Source: Alphaproteobacteria bacterium UBA7314
GTDB taxonomy: Bacteria; Pseudomonadota; Alphaproteobacteria; MPNO01; UBA830
Assembly (NCBI GenBank): GCA_002471575.1
Contig: DKQG01000044.1
Coordinates: 37,525-101,524 of the forward strand
Length of the DNA: 64,000 bases
Reading direction: 5' to 3'
Part shown: piece after piece, positions 60,419 to 64,000 of the stretch
How positions within the stretch are numbered: the first letter of the stretch is position 1
Layout: the number at the start of each line of letters is the position of its first letter
The notes under the pieces: model-generated
Databases searched by the model: none
Told to the model about the DNA's origin: nothing
Seen by the model: only the letters and a program-made list of their open reading frames with translations
Made by a program: the position numbers and the translations under genes

Positions 60419-60499
60419 TGCCCAACCTAGCCGTCGCGCCGACAGCTTTCAACGGGACACCGTCTCGGGTATATAGTCCTTACAAAATCGGAAGACGAA

Positions 60500-61297
60500 A
60501 TGGCTGAGAAAGATATCGTAACCGCCTGCCTGATCCTGATCGGGAATGAAATTCTGTCGGGGAGAACGCAGGATAAGAACCTCAATTTTCTGGCCACCGG
60601 CCTGAACGAAATCGGGATACAGATGCGCGAGGCGCGCGTCATTCCGGATATCCGAAAAAAAATCGTCGATACCGTCAACGAATGCCGCGCCGAGTTTGAC
60701 TATGTGTTCACTACCGGTGGAATCGGTCCGACGCATGACGACATCACGTCGGAATGCGTGGCGGAAGCGTTCGGCGTTTCCATGTATCGCGACCAGTCCA
60801 TCGTTGATCTGCTGAATTCCTACATGAAAGGCCGCGGGCGTTCAGAAATGAACGAAGCCCGGATGCGGATGGCTACATTCCCGGAAGGCGCCGTCCTGAT
60901 CAAGAACGAAGTCAGCGCCGCGCCAGGATACAAGATCGGTAACGTGTTCGTGATGGCGGGCGTGCCGCGCATCATGCGGTCGATGTTCGAGGAGGCGAAA
61001 GTGCACCTTGAAGGTGGCAAAAAGGTGCAGGCGCGTGGGCTGGCCGTCGACCTGCCCGAAGGCACGATTGCAGAGCCGTTGGCCTTGGTGCAGGCGCGGT
61101 TCAAGGAGGTTGATATCGGTTCCTATCCCCAGATGCGGGATGTCGGCTTTCGCGTGTCCGTTGTGGCGCGCGGCACCGATCCGGACCGGTTGGAACAGGT
61201 GATCGGCGAGCTGATGCAGTCCTTGCGTGACATGGGCGGAAATCCGCTGGAAGAGGATCTGTCCACAGCGCAGTCTCAGTCCCACGTCGACGATTAG
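60500..61297 (+). CDS. CinA-like molybdopterin-binding (MoCF_biosynth) domain protein
   Basis: ACLILIGNEILSGRTQDKN...TTGGIGPTHDDIT is the CinA/MoaB-type N-terminal domain. Confidence 0.75.
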   Translation: MAEKDIVTACLILIGNEILSGRTQDKNLNFLATGLNEIGIQMREARVIPDIRKKIVDTVNECRAEFDYVFTTGGIGPTHDDITSECVAEAFGVSMYRDQSIVDLLNSYMKGRGRSEMNEARMRMATFPEGAVLIKNEVSAAPGYKIGNVFVMAGVPRIMRSMFEEAKVHLEGGKKVQARGLAVDLPEGTIAEPLALVQARFKEVDIGSYPQMRDVGFRVSVVARGTDPDRLEQVIGELMQSLRDMGGNPLEEDLSTAQSQSHVDD

Positions 61298-61311
61298 GGC
61301 GACGACCGGCG

Positions 61312-61497
61312 ATGGATACTGCACCTGCGCTTCTCGGTGCTCTACTTGGCGCCGGCGTATTGCTGGTTTTTATGGGCGCACGCACCCTGACAAACAAGAA
61401 TTACGACGAAGGGCGCCGCAAGAAAGGCTTCTGGCCGCTGAATGCCGGACTGCTCCTGGCCGCGCTGTCGATGTATCTGATGGCGGTCGGCGCATAG
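61312..61497 (+). CDS. small two-TM membrane protein (hypothetical)
   Basis: 61 aa with two hydrophobic helices separated by a basic loop (KNYDEGRRKKG). It fits exactly between neighbouring genes. No family assignment. Confidence 0.35.
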   Translation: MDTAPALLGALLGAGVLLVFMGARTLTNKNYDEGRRKKGFWPLNAGLLLAALSMYLMAVGA

Positions 61498-62412
61498 TCA
61501 CCTCCCGGTCAGCGCTGCGACATCCTCATATCTGAGCCGGGTCCTTACCTTGCTGCCGTCCAGCGATTCCACGTCGAATGGGCGGTTCTGAAAATCTTCC
61601 CCGGCGAGGTGAATGATGCCAAGCGGCTGATACGGTGCGTGCGGCTCAACGAGCACGTTTCTGGCCGGGTCGAATTTCGGTGCGGCGTGGGCGCAGAACC
61701 AGTTGTAGGGGGCCGGCAGAAACGTTGCCGGCGCATCCTCGGCGAAGACAACGTAATTCATCGCCGTCTGCTCGATCAGCTTGAAATTGAGACCCGGCCA
61801 GCCCTTGCGTGCCGGAAATGTCCTACGCTGAAGAGCGCGGCGAATAGCGGCTGCCCAGAGTTTCCAGTGCGGAGCACGCGCAGGTAGGGCGAAGACGCCG
61901 CAATTCAGGATCGGGTTTCGGGCGACGCGGTCGGCCGTGAGCCAGCCGTATGACCATTTGAAGCTTTTGTAGTTTTGGGTCCGGCGGTATCTGCGTGGGC
62001 GTTTATATATCGTGTTGTAGGACCGGTCGACCTGCGGGGTGATGGCAAGGAGACCGCTTGAGGCCGCGTCCAGATACGTATCAATCGCTGACCAGTCTTG
62101 CACCCAGGCATCGGAATCGATCTGCAGGTAGACATCGTGGCCGGGGAAATAACGCGGCAGAAACGGGCGAGCAAGCAGGGCGCGGAAATGCGATGGCGCG
62201 TTCATCGCCGCCGGCACGTTGAAATCCCAATCCGGTATGACGATGTTTGCGCCTTGTCCGGCCAGCCAGGCACGCTGGGTGCTATCGAGACCCACATCCA
62301 GAATGGACAACGCGAAGTCCGCGCCATCCGGTTTTTCCCGGATTGACAGCACAAGCCCTTTCAATAGATCGAAATATACGGCGTCGGAGGCCGATACGAT
62401 GGTAGCTGACAC
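61498..62412 (-). CDS. putative GT-A-fold glycosyltransferase (DxD motif)
   Basis: The start is proposed at GTG (VSATIVSASDAVYFDLLKG...) with a DSD motif in YLQIDSDAWV. The listed 494-aa ORF's first roughly 190 codons are low-complexity Arg/Gly-rich text that overlaps the DUF1330 gene. Confidence 0.45.
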   Translation of the reverse strand: MSATIVSASDAVYFDLLKGLVLSIREKPDGADFALSILDVGLDSTQRAWLAGQGANIVIPDWDFNVPAAMNAPSHFRALLARPFLPRYFPGHDVYLQIDSDAWVQDWSAIDTYLDAASSGLLAITPQVDRSYNTIYKRPRRYRRTQNYKSFKWSYGWLTADRVARNPILNCGVFALPARAPHWKLWAAAIRRALQRRTFPARKGWPGLNFKLIEQTAMNYVVFAEDAPATFLPAPYNWFCAHAAPKFDPARNVLVEPHAPYQPLGIIHLAGEDFQNRPFDVESLDGSKVRTRLRYEDVAALTGR

Positions 62413-62432
62413 GAGTTTATCTGGACGCCTGC

Positions 62433-62720
62433 CTAGTTGCCCTCGACCACGATCATGTTGAAATCGGCAGCACCTATGCGTTTTTCTTTCGCGGCCTGAT
62501 ATTCCGGCGAGTTGTACATTGCCTTTGCCTGTTCGACACTGTCGAACTTCACTACGACGATGCGATGCGGTTCCCAGTTGCCTTCGAGTATCTGGGCCGC
62601 GCCCCCGCGGGTCAGAAACTCGCCGCCATATTTGGCGATCGCGTCGGGTGCCAGTTTCCCGTACTCGCCGTACGCGTCTTTGTCGAATACTTCCGCATTG
62701 GTGATGATGTAGCCGGGCAT
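62433..62720 (-). CDS. DUF1330-family protein
   Basis: 95 aa. MPGYIITNAEVFDKDAYGEY...IVVVKFDSVEQAKAMYNSPEYQ matches the DUF1330 fold family. Confidence 0.7.
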   Translation of the reverse strand: MPGYIITNAEVFDKDAYGEYGKLAPDAIAKYGGEFLTRGGAAQILEGNWEPHRIVVVKFDSVEQAKAMYNSPEYQAAKEKRIGAADFNMIVVEGN

Positions 62721-62961
62721 GAACTGCCTCCCTGTTTGAGATGTTTCCAGAATACTCGCCGAACGGATGCGGACAAGAGGGGAACGGCCAGCAAAAAAGG
62801 GATAGCGCTATTCGAATCACTCGGCGGTTACGGTCGGAGGGTGCGTATATGTCGACTTCGTTACCTCCGCGTAGATTGGGACGGCTGGGACGGCGTGATC
62901 TGGCGTAGCTTGCGACTGAACCCCGATATCCGAAATCCAACCATAGGCGATAGTGAACGGG

Positions 62962-63102
62962 ATGGAACACAGTCTGCCGCATTTCGGGTTTGGCCTTTGG
63001 ATCGTGTGGCGGAACGTGGAGGCACTGGGCGGTACCGCAACCGCAGAAAACGTGCCTGATGTCGGGCTGAAGATCACGCTGCGGGTGCCATTGGCGGAAT
63101 AG
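62962..63102 (+). pseudogene. remnant of a histidine-kinase C-terminus (HATPase_c G2-box region)
   Basis: A 46-codon ORF, MEHSLPHFGFGLWIVWRNVEALGGTATAENVPDVGLKITLRVPLAE*, shows the G-x-G-L...GG...G.G..F.L..P pattern. Upstream frames carry only degenerate kinase-like fragments with stops. Confidence 0.3.
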
Positions 63103-63183
63103 GTGCGCCGGGTGGCGCTGTCCGTATATCCGCGCTACCCTCGGCTAACGTATACGCTCGACGCGTCGACCCCGGGATACGAA

Positions 63184-63654
63184 ATGGCCGAAACAGCGAA
63201 AAATTCCGACCGAAAACCTGCCCGACCGGCAAATGCCGCGCCGCGCGCACCGCAGAAATTTTCTTATCGAAAGCCTGAGAACCAGGAAACGCCAAAGGCG
63301 ATTACGTCGCTGTGCCAGACCGATATCATCCGGGGCGCTGTCCAGGTCGTGCAGGAAGGCGGCGACAACAATCTTCATTCCCATACAGGAATGGATGGTT
63401 TCTGGATGGTGCTGAAAGGCGCGGTGCGGTTCTACGGCCCGGGCGACGAGGTGTTGGGAGAATTCGGTGTGCACGAAGGTATCGTCACGCCACGCAACGC
63501 GGAATACTGGTTTGAGAGTTGCGGCGACGATGACCTCGAACTTCTTCAGGTCGTGGCGTTCGACCGAGACGTTAAGAACGAGCGCATCGACGTGAATGAC
63601 CGCAAGACGGTGGTCGATTCAGCACAGCGTTTCGACGGGCGTATTCGCGACTGA
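63184..63654 (+). CDS. cupin-domain protein
   Basis: Has a cupin core (HSHTGMDGFWMVLKGAVRFYGPGDE). An unstructured basic N-terminal tail precedes it. The start is set at MAETAKN. Confidence 0.6.
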   Translation: MAETAKNSDRKPARPANAAPRAPQKFSYRKPENQETPKAITSLCQTDIIRGAVQVVQEGGDNNLHSHTGMDGFWMVLKGAVRFYGPGDEVLGEFGVHEGIVTPRNAEYWFESCGDDDLELLQVVAFDRDVKNERIDVNDRKTVVDSAQRFDGRIRD

Positions 63655-63675
63655 AAACGGGTCTGCGCGCGAGAA

Positions 63676-63705
63676 AAAAGGCGGGTCTGAGGCCCGCCTT
63701 TTCTA
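63676..63705. terminator. bidirectional rho-independent terminator between convergent cupin genes
   Basis: An A-tract is followed by a ggcggg-tctgagg-cccgcc stem and then TTTTCT. Confidence 0.65.
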
Positions 63706-63723
63706 TACTAGCTGCAAGGGTGA

Positions 63724-64000
63724 TTAACGGTCTTCCCGGGTGTCCGGGAACCAGCCAGGTCCCGCTAGCATCGGTTCGAGATCGCCGTCGTAATCCGGTG
63801 AATTTTCAATCTGCTCCAACCAGTTCAGTCCCATCGCTTTAAAGATGCGATTAGTGATCACGATCAGCCGCGCCTCGTTCTCAGGATCGGAATTGAAGTG
63901 CTGCTGGATGCAGTATGCCGGCACGAAAATGAAGTCGCCGCGTTCCCATTCGAACTTGCGGGGTTCTTCCTTCCACGACCAGTGGAATTCGGTATCAACC
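63724..64000 (-). CDS. cupin-type dioxygenase-like protein, C-terminal part only (N-terminus lies beyond the window end)
   Basis: The frame is open to the window edge. ..HWSWKEEPRKFEWERGDFIFVPAYCIQQHFNSDPENEARLIVITN.. resembles gentisate/salicylate-1,2-dioxygenase-like cupins. Confidence 0.5.
   Translation of the reverse strand, partial: VDTEFHWSWKEEPRKFEWERGDFIFVPAYCIQQHFNSDPENEARLIVITNRIFKAMGLNWLEQIENSPDYDGDLEPMLAGPGWFPDTREDR

Noticed and set aside
61498-62982. The full 494-aa ORF taken as a single large protein
   Set aside because: Its N-terminal roughly 190 codons are low-complexity sequence overlapping the well-supported DUF1330 gene in another frame. Only the C-terminal roughly 305 codons look like a real GT-A protein.
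62565-63077. 164-aa plus-strand ORF and 86-aa minus-strand ORF spanning the DUF1330 / histidine-kinase-relic area
   Set aside because: They are antisense to or overlapping the DUF1330 gene, and are compositionally biased with no motifs. They are better explained as relic or non-coding sequence.
1-64000. Scan for mobile elements, CRISPR arrays, tRNA/rRNA, and defence or toxin modules (reverse transcriptase YxDD, HNH, transposase DDE, integrase, restriction-modification methyltransferase motifs)
   Set aside because: I could find no direct-repeat array, no tRNA-like TPsiC or acceptor pattern in the intergenic regions, and no ORF with these signatures. The many gene relics are not bounded by inverted or direct repeats characteristic of IS elements.

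Overview
This is a roughly 60% GC chromosomal segment, most likely alphaproteobacterial. That inference rests on the RNase E architecture, an adrenodoxin-type 2Fe-2S ferredoxin, a DUF1476 ATPase-inhibitor zeta homologue and a YhdP/AsmA-like protein placed next to glnE. Housekeeping genes (rne, amiC-like, mrcA, prfB with its programmed +1 frameshift, anmK, tyrS, glnE, purC, purB, map, sfsA) are interleaved with many accessory and catabolic genes: GSTs, alpha/beta hydrolases, two TauD/TfdA dioxygenases, two UbiD-family decarboxylases, luciferase-like (LLM) monooxygenases, a family III CoA-transferase, MaoC, a crotonase resembling hydroxycinnamoyl-CoA hydratase-lyase (HCHL), and MarR and LysR regulators. 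I found no rRNA, tRNA, CRISPR array, transposase, integrase or recognisable defence or toxin module. The most distinctive signals are (i) an unusually high density of decayed gene remnants, (ii) a 19-bp perfect hairpin abutting the rne ribosome-binding site, (iii) small repeat anomalies (an in-frame 21-nt tandem duplication in amiC and a G9 tract in a ribosome-binding site), and (iv) two unusual gene clusters, MarR-crotonase ... CoA-transferase-MaoC-UbiD and NifS-Fdx-TenA flanked by TauD/TfdA genes. All family assignments come from motif and sequence recall, not from database searches.
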